This document shows positions 8,836 to 19,127 of a DNA stretch of 64,000 nt, one piece after another. The DNA is from Promethearchaeota archaeon Loki_b31 (GTDB lineage: Archaea > Asgardarchaeota > Lokiarchaeia > Sigyniarchaeales > SOKP01). The notes below the pieces were generated by a model. It saw nothing but the letters and a program-made list of their open reading frames with translations, ran no database searches and was not told where the DNA came from. Where the stretch lies: assembly GCA_005222975.1 (NCBI GenBank), contig NJBI01000005.1, positions 1-64,000 on the forward strand, read 5' to 3'. Both the position numbers and the translations under genes were made by a program. Within the stretch, counting starts at the first letter, position 1. Each line of letters starts with the position of its first letter.

Positions 8836-9942
8836 GTGAAAAAATTGAGAAATTATAAAATCGCTCTAATTGTTATATCTGCTCTTATTGTTGGTGGAGG
8901 TATTGGTTTTGTAGTTACCGGTTTTGCAACAGCCGGTAGTATCGATGCTTCATTTAGTTTCCAATATGAACCAAGCTCTCCCGATCCTATTGAAGATTTG
9001 AGTATTAATGCTGATATCGGAAAAATTATCGTTAAATATAATACTACTGCGACTCCTTATTTCGCAGAAATCGATGTTAATTTAAAAATTACGGGTTTAT
9101 TCATGTCTGGTAAAAATTACACGGATTTCTTTAAACCACATACTGAATGGTGGGCTGAATCATCTGGTATATTCAATCTTGGGGTTTTACCAGATGTTTG
9201 GTTTGATCCTTCCCACTGGTTTAAATCTTATGAAATTACAATAACAGTTACACTGAGAACCGATGTAATATTTGATATTGAAGCCACAATGGCTACTGGT
9301 GCGATAGAAATGTCAGTTCCAGATGATGTTATCTTAAATAACACTTCCCTTACTTCGAGTACAGGTTCAGTTAAATTAACCACATTAGGCAACAATGAAT
9401 TCCAAGGGAAAGTTGGACTTCAGACTAGTACGGGGAGCGTTGATCTTTTTGCCAAAAATACCAATTTTAATCATGGGTTTGAAGCATTTACATCAACGGG
9501 GTCACTTCTATTAAACTTTACAGATTGTCGCATGGGAGATGATTTAGCTGGAATTGTCTCAACTGGGAGCGTGACATTCAAAAGTTATAACATGGTTTAC
9601 GATAAAGATATAGATTTAAAACTTGAAACTTCAACGGGTAGTATCGATGCGGAGATTTATCAATATATAAATATGGGAGCTAATGTCACTGGTTCCATGA
9701 AATCATCAACAGGAAGTATAGAAGTGTTATACAGAGATAATTTAGCTAATACAGGCGTTAAATTTACAAGCTCGATCGGCACAGGATCTATCAATTATAT
9801 AGATCATGCTACTATGGAGATAACAGGAGTATTAGAAAATATTTATTCTTCATATAATTATGGAGCAGCGACATATAAATATACATTCGCATTATCAACA
9901 TCTACCGGTAACATCGATGTTAATGGTCGAAGTGCTCAGTAA
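8836..9942 (+). CDS. Membrane-anchored DUF4097/adhesin-like beta-repeat protein
   Basis: N-terminal TM helix and many repeated STGS(V/I) beta-strand motifs. Confidence 0.7.
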   Translation: MKKLRNYKIALIVISALIVGGGIGFVVTGFATAGSIDASFSFQYEPSSPDPIEDLSINADIGKIIVKYNTTATPYFAEIDVNLKITGLFMSGKNYTDFFKPHTEWWAESSGIFNLGVLPDVWFDPSHWFKSYEITITVTLRTDVIFDIEATMATGAIEMSVPDDVILNNTSLTSSTGSVKLTTLGNNEFQGKVGLQTSTGSVDLFAKNTNFNHGFEAFTSTGSLLLNFTDCRMGDDLAGIVSTGSVTFKSYNMVYDKDIDLKLETSTGSIDAEIYQYINMGANVTGSMKSSTGSIEVLYRDNLANTGVKFTSSIGTGSINYIDHATMEITGVLENIYSSYNYGAATYKYTFALSTSTGNIDVNGRSAQ

Positions 9943-10067
9943 TAAAAAATCTGCTTAAAAATTATATCTTTTTTTAATTATTTTTTTTTATTTTTTAAAA
10001 ATAGGTAGTTGTAAAACTGATTTTAACTAATTTTTATAAGAAAAAAAAAGAAAATAAGAATTAGATT

Positions 10068-10919
10068 TTAGCTATAAGTTAAAACTGTAACGACTGGTAA
10101 ATGATCTGAACCAAATTCTTCAGGAATATTTATTCCAGGAATAAAATCTCTGACAACATAACTATTAATTACGCTACTATAACCTGTACCAAAAATATAA
10201 TCAATTGATTCTTCAGGGATATCATACAAGCCCACAAAACTAGGAAATGTATTACCTTTAGAAAAACCATCCATTGTATCGCTTAAAAAAGTTCGGATAG
10301 TCTGAATTTGCACTGTGTCGTTTTCTAAGTTGAAATCTCCCATTAAAATTTTGGGATTACCTGATGTGACCGCGTTAGTTTTTGAAAGTACAAAATCTAC
10401 CTGAGCGGTCATATCTTCGCTCCAATTAATTAACCCTAAATGAGTTACGAATATATCCAAATTTAACGAGGAACTAATTTCAACAACTCCATGAATTAAG
10501 ACTCGTTGAGAAGAAATACTGGGAATTAAATAACCTACTGTGGATTTAATTGGATATTTACTTAGTAGAGCGCATCCTCCTTGATGTTCGTTTTCTGATG
10601 GAAAATAGAAAAAATGCATACCTAACCTATTCGATAACCAAAGTGCCATATCAATTCCTTGAGTTGTAATCCTACCATTATCTACTTCTTGTAAACCAAG
10701 AATGTCGGGATCTTCTGTCAAAATATTTTGTGCTATTCGTTCTAAGTTAAGTTTATCGTCGTATCCTTGTCCAAAATGTATGTTATATGTCATTATTTTA
10801 AATTCTGTTTTTGAGGTTGGTGATTCTACCGGAAATTCACATATCCCATACATTAAGAAAGCGGTTATTAAAGGTGTGAAAAATAAAATTAATATTATTA
10901 TATTATACGATTTTTTCAT
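10068..10919 (-). CDS. Membrane-anchored endonuclease/exonuclease/phosphatase (EEP) family enzyme, CWH43-C-like
   Basis: N-terminal TM helix; MTYNIHFG, DILGLQEVD, THLG, MGDFN, IDYIF and GSDHLPV motifs. Confidence 0.88.
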   Translation of the reverse strand: MKKSYNIIILILFFTPLITAFLMYGICEFPVESPTSKTEFKIMTYNIHFGQGYDDKLNLERIAQNILTEDPDILGLQEVDNGRITTQGIDMALWLSNRLGMHFFYFPSENEHQGGCALLSKYPIKSTVGYLIPSISSQRVLIHGVVEISSSLNLDIFVTHLGLINWSEDMTAQVDFVLSKTNAVTSGNPKILMGDFNLENDTVQIQTIRTFLSDTMDGFSKGNTFPSFVGLYDIPEESIDYIFGTGYSSVINSYVVRDFIPGINIPEEFGSDHLPVVTVLTYS

Positions 10920-12199
10920 CTTTTAGATCCCTCCTTTTTTGATTTAAGCATAATTGCCCCAAAACTTGAAATGGTGAATAAGATTCCTGCTATTAGCATA
11001 ACTATAGGACCTAAACCTTTGAATGCTTCTATTGTTCCTGCCCAGTCTGTTGTAAAGATATGAAGTACATCAAATATAACCATGAATGCAAATCCAATTG
11101 TAAATCCATTGGATATTGTTTTTACTTTTTCCCATTTAAAGCTAATTTTCATCATTCGAGAAATGAGTAGATAGAAGTTTAAATACATGATAATAAGAGA
11201 TATTGAGATAAAAATACTTGCAACATAGGTTAAATCTTTAGGAAAGAAGAAAAGCAATATCAGCGATAAGATCATAAATGCGTTTAAGATAATCGAGAGT
11301 TTAAGATCTAAAAGAGAATCTATTTTTATGAACAGTATCAAGCAAGTTGCCAACATTAAACAAATGATATTTAGGATGTTATTAAAGTAATAACTAGTTG
11401 CGGTATATTGAGCGATAACATTTGGGTATAAGAAAAGGCTAAACTGTAAAAAGAAAAACATTCCAACTCCAACGAAGATCAACGAATTCAATGTTTTATA
11501 CTCGATTTCTGCAGGTTTTTCTGGTTTAATCTCACTAGAAAAGCGGGGAAAATATTTATAGCTCAAATATATACATAATCCGCTTAAAGGAATTTGAAAA
11601 ATCAACCAGAAATATTGCGTTAAATTCCAATCTAAGATTAAGCCAGGAGTTAAGAGATATATATCGAGAGATAAGCCTAATGTCCGAATAAAATAATCTA
11701 TAAGAAACGCAATTAGGATTGTTAAGGTTATGAAAATTATTTTATGATTCGACTTAATCTCATCGTTTTCTCTTAACCATAATGTACTGAAGGTGCTTAT
11801 GTAAAAACCGTAGAAAGTGATAATCAAACCAGCACAAATAGTTTCCAATTTAGACGGTAATTGAAAAGCTAATAATAATCAAAATATTACTATAGCAAGT
11901 ATTGAAAATTTCATCAATTTATTTAACCCAACTTTTTTGCAGATCGTATTGGTCAACCCTGGTATAAAGAAAAATATTAGAGCTAAAAGAATCATCCCAT
12001 TTACAAGAATGTCTTCTCCGAATACGACATGAGTTATTGAGACATACACACCTGGTATAAAAGCTCGCAAAGCCTGTATAAAGAATAGGTTAACATAAAT
12101 AGTTACAAAAACAAGCCCAATAAAATTTTTAGTGCCTAATTTTTCTTCTATCTCTGTCAACGAGAAATCGGATTTTAATTTAATTGCCATTTTATTCAC
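10916..12199 (-). pseudogene. Multi-pass membrane protein interrupted by one in-frame TGA (track ORFs 11879-12199 and 10916-11848 are one gene)
   Basis: Read-through LAIVIF*LLLAFQLPSKLETICAG stays in frame across the TGA at 11879-11881; 4-nt overlap with the EEP gene. Confidence 0.75.
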
Positions 12200-12287
12200 A
12201 TTTTTTTATTAAATTGAGATATTTTTAATATAAAGTTAATTGAATTATAATATTATAATGATTTTATTTTTAATTTAAATCTTACAT

Positions 12288-13109
12288 TTAAATTTTATAG
12301 ATTTCAGGACGTCGGTCTTTAAGAGTAGTAGCAGCTCCACGTTTTCTTTTTTTGTGTAGAACCTTAAGATCTAATTCACCAGTTATTACCATTTCTTCAT
12401 TTGTTTTAGCTTCAGCAATTACTCCATTAGAATTCCAAGGAGTTTCGCATGGACTTAAAATTGACGATCTTCCCCATCCTTCCATTCCTTTATGCGGAGA
12501 TTCTCCTACCAAACACGAATGGAGGACGTAAATCTGATTTTCTATGGCTCGTGCTTGGCAACAATGCCTTACGCGCCAGAATCCAGCTTCGCCTATGGTA
12601 TATGAGGGGCAAAAAATAACATCAGCCCCTTTTAAAGTTAATGTTCGAGCTACTTCTGGAAACTCCATCTCGTAACAGATAGCCAAACCAATGTTCGCTT
12701 TTTCGGTTTCGAAAACTTCTAAAGTGTTTCCAGGAGTCACCCCCATACTTGCTTCTAATGGAAAAAGATGCGTTTTTCGATGTATCAATAATTTTCCATC
12801 GGGGCAAAATATATGCCCTATATTATACTCCTTTCCGTTTTCAATTGTTAAGTGCGAACCCCCTACAATATATTGCCCTTTGTCTTTAGATAAGCGAGCG
12901 AAAAGGGTTCTGTATTTCTCAGTGAATTCAGGTATTTTATTCAAATTGTTGTTTGGAATTAGATATTGAAGTTCTAAAGTAATAGTCTCGGGAAACACGA
13001 CAAAATCCGAATCCTCGGCTTGGTTTAATAAATTTTCCACATTATTAGCGAATTCTTCAAAACTTTCAATTTGTTTATACGCAAATTGAACACACGCTAC
13101 TTTAATCAT
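12288..13109 (-). CDS. Carbon-nitrogen hydrolase (nitrilase superfamily)
   Basis: Catalytic E-K-C: VFPE, RKTHLF, ICYEMEFPE; ARAIENQ. Confidence 0.92.
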   Translation of the reverse strand: MIKVACVQFAYKQIESFEEFANNVENLLNQAEDSDFVVFPETITLELQYLIPNNNLNKIPEFTEKYRTLFARLSKDKGQYIVGGSHLTIENGKEYNIGHIFCPDGKLLIHRKTHLFPLEASMGVTPGNTLEVFETEKANIGLAICYEMEFPEVARTLTLKGADVIFCPSYTIGEAGFWRVRHCCQARAIENQIYVLHSCLVGESPHKGMEGWGRSSILSPCETPWNSNGVIAEAKTNEEMVITGELDLKVLHKKRKRGAATTLKDRRPEIYKI

Positions 13110-13167
13110 TTTTCTCTTTCTTTTTAATTAAAAGATTAAATCTTTTTTAGATAATATATTACAATCT

Positions 13168-14217
13168 TTACATTTTAAATGGTAGCTTAGTTTTAGGAGG
13201 AATAGTTTCTATATATTTGCTCCTGAATTCTTCGTTTAACATCGGGCATTCTTTTTTTGCCCAAGTTTCGCACATCATTGGATGGCCCCACATTCTTTCT
13301 AAAATTGTTTTCAGAGGTTCTTCCCTAATATTTCCGAAAGTAAGTGGCATAAAGCAACAAGGCTGGACATCTCCATAAGGCGAAATATAAAAATACACGT
13401 TATCTGCTATTCCCCTGCATTGACTTGAACTTTGAGTTTGAAAATAAAAATCTCTACATACAAATGGAAATTTCGCAATTTTTCTAACTTTTCTCTCTTC
13501 TTGAGCCGTCAATTTTACCTCAGGATTATATAACCATCTACCCGCTGGTGTAGGTAATAAATATCTTACTCCATTTGCACCTAACTCTCTTGCTAATTTG
13601 ATTACATCTTCAAATTCACCGTTAGCTAGATTTTCTTTGGTTACATAAGTAGAAAGTGCACATTTTAGTCTCACTTCAAGAGCATTTTTTATACCCTGAA
13701 CGGCTTTATTATATACTCCTTTCATTCCGCGCAATTGGTCGTGTTTTTCTGGAATTGGACTATCGATGCTAACATAAAGCATTTCTAAACCGCTATCCTT
13801 TAATTGTCTTGCAAAATCTTTCGTGATTTTTAATCCATTTGTATCACAAAATACATACACAGCTCTTTCTGAAGCGTACTTTATTAATTCCATTATATCT
13901 GCTCTCATGGTTGGTTCACCTCCAAAGAAGTTGACCACAAAAGCTTTAGCAGATTGATCTAATATGTCCTTAATTTCATCAGTCGAAAGTTCTCGACGTG
14001 GTTCATTTTTGTAATTACCCACGCAACAATGTGGACATTTAAGCTGACAGTTATACGTTATACCAAACATAAGATAGAAGACATCTGCTCTTCCTTTAAT
14101 TCCCCCCCTTTTTTCATTAAACCATTTTGTCATACTCTCTTGATCATAAGTTAATGGAATCTTATGTTCTTCCCATAGGTTTTCGTCTTCCGAAAATCTT
14201 TCATCTTCTAATTCCAT
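13168..14217 (-). CDS. Radical SAM protein with SPASM/twitch domain
   Basis: CQLKCPHC, FFGGEP, DTNG; C-terminal C...GDVQPC...FGNI. Confidence 0.9.
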   Translation of the reverse strand: MELEDERFSEDENLWEEHKIPLTYDQESMTKWFNEKRGGIKGRADVFYLMFGITYNCQLKCPHCCVGNYKNEPRRELSTDEIKDILDQSAKAFVVNFFGGEPTMRADIMELIKYASERAVYVFCDTNGLKITKDFARQLKDSGLEMLYVSIDSPIPEKHDQLRGMKGVYNKAVQGIKNALEVRLKCALSTYVTKENLANGEFEDVIKLARELGANGVRYLLPTPAGRWLYNPEVKLTAQEERKVRKIAKFPFVCRDFYFQTQSSSQCRGIADNVYFYISPYGDVQPCCFMPLTFGNIREEPLKTILERMWGHPMMCETWAKKECPMLNEEFRSKYIETIPPKTKLPFKM

Positions 14218-14352
14218 ATTTTACACCCTTATACGATATCTCTCTTCAAAATCAATTATTACTATTAATTTGCTAAATTAGTTTATAAAGATTTTTACTA
14301 AAAAGTAATTTTAGAATAAAAAATTAAGGAAAATTGATAATTCCATTTATTT

Positions 14353-15531
14353 TTACTTCTCAATTTCAATATCCAATTGATCTATGATTTCCATTAGGTC
14401 AAGCACTTCAAAATCGAAGTTATAATTTTCGTTAGCGTCGCTTAAATTCGTCCTACAAAAAGGACATACTGACGATATTACCGTTGCTTCGGTCTCCTTC
14501 GCTTCATCAAGGCGTTCTTTTGATATTTCTACAGACCATTCCGGATATCCAATTTTTACGCCTCCTCCTGCTCCACAGCACCAAGCAAAATTCCTATTTC
14601 TTTTCATTTCTACTAATTTTAACCCCGGGATTTGCTTGTAAATTGCTCTAGGAAGTTCATAAACACCCATATGCCTTCCAAGATGGCATGGGTCGTGATA
14701 AGTCACTGTTTTATTATACTCCGATTTAAACTTTAATTTATCATCGTCTAACAGTTGTTTTACTAATTCTAAAGTGTGGAACACTTCAAAATCGTATTCT
14801 TCGCCAAATTTTTCGAAATCTTTCTTAAATGTTCTATAACAACCCGCACATGAGGTAATAACTTTAGTAGCCCCAGTATTTTTAATTTGAGCGATATTAT
14901 AGCTCATATAATCTTTAACAATGCTAAGTTGACCAGTTCGAATCATAGGGCTCGTACAACAATGTTCATCTATTAAAGTGAAATTAATACCGCTTTTTTT
15001 TAGGAATCTTAAAGTTGAGTCCCTTAAACTTTGTTGGCGATAATTAGAAGTACATCCAATATAATAAACACAATCTGCTTTATCTGGTAAGTCAAATTGT
15101 TTTTTCAACTCTTCATTATCAGAGTTAGACTCTCCATAAGGATTACAATTCTCTTCGCAACGAGAAACCAGAAACTCTTGGTTTTTAGCAGGCCCAATAT
15201 GTTTTACAGCTAATTCTCTTAGAGCCTCTATTATATCTACGATATAATCGGCGTAAGGCGCTTGACAAGCGTCCATACAAGCTCCACAAGTTGGACAAGC
15301 AAAAATAGCGTCTTTTAAATCCTCAGACCATTCCAATTCGCCAGTTACGACACCCCTTATTATTCTTATTTTCCCAGATGCCCAATATGATTCGAATAAA
15401 AACTTTTCTCCTGAAGGACACGAAGGTTCGAAACCCTTATAAGAATATTTACAAGTAGAACAACGGATACAATTATCAAATGCTAATTCCAAAACATCTT
15501 TTCCCATGAGACTTTTATCAATCTCTACCAC
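14353..15531 (-). CDS. Fe-S oxidoreductase, GlpC/GlcF/HdrD-like (2x4Fe-4S + CCG domains)
   Basis: CIRCSTC, CPTCGACMDAC, YHDPCHLGR and CCGAGGG motifs. Confidence 0.9.
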   Translation of the reverse strand: MVEIDKSLMGKDVLELAFDNCIRCSTCKYSYKGFEPSCPSGEKFLFESYWASGKIRIIRGVVTGELEWSEDLKDAIFACPTCGACMDACQAPYADYIVDIIEALRELAVKHIGPAKNQEFLVSRCEENCNPYGESNSDNEELKKQFDLPDKADCVYYIGCTSNYRQQSLRDSTLRFLKKSGINFTLIDEHCCTSPMIRTGQLSIVKDYMSYNIAQIKNTGATKVITSCAGCYRTFKKDFEKFGEEYDFEVFHTLELVKQLLDDDKLKFKSEYNKTVTYHDPCHLGRHMGVYELPRAIYKQIPGLKLVEMKRNRNFAWCCGAGGGVKIGYPEWSVEISKERLDEAKETEATVISSVCPFCRTNLSDANENYNFDFEVLDLMEIIDQLDIEIEK

Positions 15532-17013
15532 TTATGTATTCCACCTTCCTGGGTTAAATATGTTGTTTGGGTCCATACATTTCTTTATTTTTTCAAAGAG
15601 GTTAATCCATCCTGGGTTAATCTTCTTGCGCATTTTTTCCGTCATCCAAGCAGGGGTTTTATAAGGAATACATCCTAAATCAATGGACACATCCGTGATT
15701 TCTTCTAACAACTTGTGGTATCTTTCTTCTTCGCCTTCTTTAAACTTGTTATAACGCATAATAGGACGAAATATCGCGTAATGACTTGATTTCATCATCT
15801 TCATGTAAATAAATGGAGTGATATTGTGTTTATAAAATAATTTATACACCTTTTCGATTAGTTCTTCGAGCTTGTGACTTGGAGCATACGAACCAAACCA
15901 AGTTAAACCTGAATACTCTACTAATGAAAGTACTACGGAGGGTAAATCGAGGTAACACCTAAGCCTTAAGTTAAATAATTTGATGTACTCGTCAGCATTA
16001 ACTAAAATTACTTTTTTCCCTTGTTTATTTAAATTCTCGATTACATTGGATAAAATTTCCATTCTAGCATTGAATTGATTTTTTGTTTTTGCCGAGATTG
16101 AAAACATCACTGCAAAGTATGGTTCACCCGGAAATTTTTTAGGTTCAGGAATTTCTATAGCCATCTTTACTACTTCGATGTTAACTGCTGAAATATCGTC
16201 GATGACATCCATTCTCCCGACTTCCCTCATTACTGAAGCTACATCTGTAAGTTCAAAAGCTATTGCGATATAGTTTTGTTTGATGGATGGATTAGGCCAT
16301 AGTTGAACGGCACATTTGGTTACTAAACCCGTCATACCTTGCCAGTTTATAAAGATTCCCATTAAATCAGGCATAGGGTATCTACACCACCAACTATCGG
16401 GGCATGCTTCTTCCTTTCCATAAAAACACGAGCCAATCCTAGCGATTTCGCCGTCAGCAGTAATTACCTCTAATCCGTTAATTGAATCGCCCATGGACCC
16501 AATTTTACACGAGAGATTATTCATACCACTCAATATCACATTTCCAACAACCCCTGCGTATGGAGGAGCAAAAGGATAACTATATCTTAGGTGAGGGTAA
16601 TTTTCGTCTAAGTGTTTTTTCAATTGACCAAAGGTAACTCCGGGTTCTAAGAGAGCATACATCATATTGTCATCAACATGCAAAATTTTATTCATCTTTT
16701 TACCAAAATCAACGAGAATTCCACCGTTTTCCGGAATTGTTAAACCTCCTACGTTATTTCCTGATATGTAAGGAACAATTGGAATTAAATTGTAATTACA
16801 AAACTTAACTAATTCGATTAATTGCGATGTATTTTCAGGAATAACTATGAAATCAGGCATATGAGGCTTACATTCGGTCATATCGTACGAATAGGGGTAT
16901 AAATCTCCAGACTTATTGGTTACATATTTTTCTCCAAATATTTCGACTAACTTTTTAAACACATCCTCTTTGCTTATCTTCTCATACACATTTCTTTCTT
17001 TTGTTTCGGTCAT
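15532..17013 (-). CDS. FAD-linked oxidase (GlcD/VAO-PCMH family)
   Basis: PDFIVIP...SGNNVGG...GGILVD, GLEVITADG, GLVTK, DPNNIFNPG. Confidence 0.9.
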   Translation of the reverse strand: MTETKERNVYEKISKEDVFKKLVEIFGEKYVTNKSGDLYPYSYDMTECKPHMPDFIVIPENTSQLIELVKFCNYNLIPIVPYISGNNVGGLTIPENGGILVDFGKKMNKILHVDDNMMYALLEPGVTFGQLKKHLDENYPHLRYSYPFAPPYAGVVGNVILSGMNNLSCKIGSMGDSINGLEVITADGEIARIGSCFYGKEEACPDSWWCRYPMPDLMGIFINWQGMTGLVTKCAVQLWPNPSIKQNYIAIAFELTDVASVMREVGRMDVIDDISAVNIEVVKMAIEIPEPKKFPGEPYFAVMFSISAKTKNQFNARMEILSNVIENLNKQGKKVILVNADEYIKLFNLRLRCYLDLPSVVLSLVEYSGLTWFGSYAPSHKLEELIEKVYKLFYKHNITPFIYMKMMKSSHYAIFRPIMRYNKFKEGEEERYHKLLEEITDVSIDLGCIPYKTPAWMTEKMRKKINPGWINLFEKIKKCMDPNNIFNPGRWNT

Positions 17014-17031
17014 GTATTTGTTTTCACCTCA

Positions 17032-17454
17032 TTATCTTGTTTCTTTATTTAATTCAAAATAATTATTGTTGGGGTCTGAAGCAACCATTTTCATCGTTTC
17101 TAAAAAGATTTTCATGAATTTTAACACAGTTCCAATTTTTAACAATCCTTTAATTTTAAGCTTATGTTTAAGGAATGCTTTTACAGGATTTAATCTACCA
17201 AAGGCCAAATCTAAAAATGTGTATATGTCCATTTTTACTTTCAGATTTATCTTTTTATCAAAATCCTTTGTTTTAAATTTTATTTCATTACGGTCAAATA
17301 TAACTTCTACTGGGTAAAAACCATCAACCTCAATTAAAACTGTTTTGTTCCAGTTTAAGACTAGATTTATGAAATCCTCATCGTCTTTCCTATAACTTAA
17401 AATATTTTGCAATGTAATGGTAATCAAATCTTCTCCTTTTTGAATCGAAATCAT
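17032..17454 (-). CDS. SCP2 sterol/lipid-binding domain protein
   Basis: FLDLAFGRLNPVKAFLKHKLKIKG is typical of SCP2. Confidence 0.8.
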   Translation of the reverse strand: MISIQKGEDLITITLQNILSYRKDDEDFINLVLNWNKTVLIEVDGFYPVEVIFDRNEIKFKTKDFDKKINLKVKMDIYTFLDLAFGRLNPVKAFLKHKLKIKGLLKIGTVLKFMKIFLETMKMVASDPNNNYFELNKETR

Positions 17455-17650
17455 TTTTATTTTCCTACTAGTATTTTAGTATATATAAAAGTAAAATTGA
17501 CCTTAGAATTTAAATAGTTAATCTTTCGATAATTCAAATTTTAAAATTGGTATATTCCTTGTTAGAAATAAATAAAATTAATTAATATCAATAACATAAT
17601 AATTTTTAAGTTAAAATTTTAATTAAAAAAATCAAAAAAGCGAATAAAAA

Positions 17651-19117
17651 ATGAATATAAACGATGTAGTCTCTGAATTAAAGCAAAAAATAGGAGAACG
17701 ATATGTTTCGGATGATCCTGAAATACAATTTTTATATCATTACGATTTTATTACGGCTGAACCAGAAGGTAAATGTGATATTGCTATAATGCCAGATACT
17801 GCAGAACAAGTCCAAGAAATAGTAAAGATTGCCAATAAATATAAAATCCCTGTGATACCATGGGTTTCAGGTATTAATTTTGGCTCAATAGCCACACCTC
17901 GAAAGGGTGGGATTGTAGTTGACTTAAGAAGACTAAATCGCGTTCTTGAAGTAAATGAAGACGATTTGTACGTTGTAGTTGAAGGAGGAATTACTTGGGC
18001 TGATTTAAAAGGATATCTCGACACAAATCACCCAGATTTAAAAGCCGGAATAACATGGTCTCCTCCAGGAACTGGAGTGATACCTTCTTGCTTATGCTAT
18101 GGAATGTTTGATCTTGGTATGCTTGGGGGAACAGGAGCAGAGTTTATTAATGGCTTAGAAGTAGTCTTGGGTTCTGGAGAATTAATAAGAGTTGGTTCAT
18201 GTAGTCTTTCTAATTATTGGTATGGTAGACAACCATTACCAGACTTAGCCGGACTATTTATTGGTTGGGAAGGGACTACTGGAATAGTTACTAAAGCAGC
18301 AATAAAATTATGGCCAAAATTACCATATAGAGCTGATTTTTTACCAATAGCTCCAAGAATAGATGATGGTATACCAATGATCCTTAAACTTTCAAAAGCA
18401 GGATTAGGTATTATCGATCTATGCGCTCTAAATATAGGCTGGTGTCAAGCACTTATGGGATTGGATGAAGAACATGTTGCTAAAGATCCTTTAGAATTTG
18501 GTTTGCCAGATTTTTTTGGACTAATCTCAACTCAAGCATATACAGAAAAACAGCATGAAGCACAGTGTGAGGGGATAATGAATATATGTAAAGAATACGA
18601 CATGGACCCACTTCCAATTAAAGAACAATTAGAATCTTTTCCCGAAAATCTTCAAGGAATTATGGGACATTTAACACCATCCACAGGAGGCCAAACTCCG
18701 GTTCAATTTTGGGGGTGTTGGAATTTTGCTAGAGGGGGAGGTGGACAATGGATAGGAACCTATTGTTCCACAAGAGATATCATAAAGTTTTACAATATAT
18801 CAAGAGAAATCTGTCTAAAATATGATAAACCCCCCCAGTTTTATAGTAGAATTATGATGGGTGGTCATTATTGCGTTGCTCGTACGAATATAGGTTTTAA
18901 TAAAAATGACCCTGAAGATATAAAAAAAACAAGAATTCTTCTTAAAGAGATTCATAAAGCAGTGCAAAATTTAGATGGCGTAGTTATGTATAAACCTCCA
19001 CTATGGGCAGTTCAGTACTACAAGGATAAAACCCTACCAGCAACAACAAAATTAATTGAGAAGATTAGAAAAATACTTGATCCTAATAAAATAATGAACC
19101 CTGGACAAGGGGTTTGA
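17651..19117 (+). CDS. FAD-linked oxidase (GlcD/VAO-PCMH family), paralog 2
   Basis: GGIVVDL, GLEVVLGSG, GTTGIVTK, DPNKIMNPG. Confidence 0.9.
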   Translation: MNINDVVSELKQKIGERYVSDDPEIQFLYHYDFITAEPEGKCDIAIMPDTAEQVQEIVKIANKYKIPVIPWVSGINFGSIATPRKGGIVVDLRRLNRVLEVNEDDLYVVVEGGITWADLKGYLDTNHPDLKAGITWSPPGTGVIPSCLCYGMFDLGMLGGTGAEFINGLEVVLGSGELIRVGSCSLSNYWYGRQPLPDLAGLFIGWEGTTGIVTKAAIKLWPKLPYRADFLPIAPRIDDGIPMILKLSKAGLGIIDLCALNIGWCQALMGLDEEHVAKDPLEFGLPDFFGLISTQAYTEKQHEAQCEGIMNICKEYDMDPLPIKEQLESFPENLQGIMGHLTPSTGGQTPVQFWGCWNFARGGGGQWIGTYCSTRDIIKFYNISREICLKYDKPPQFYSRIMMGGHYCVARTNIGFNKNDPEDIKKTRILLKEIHKAVQNLDGVVMYKPPLWAVQYYKDKTLPATTKLIEKIRKILDPNKIMNPGQGV

Positions 19118-19127
19118 GGTAAATATT

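Noticed and set aside
11879-11881. TGA as selenocysteine
   Set aside because: It lies in a hydrophobic membrane segment with no redox motif, and no SECIS was recognised; a nonsense change is simpler.
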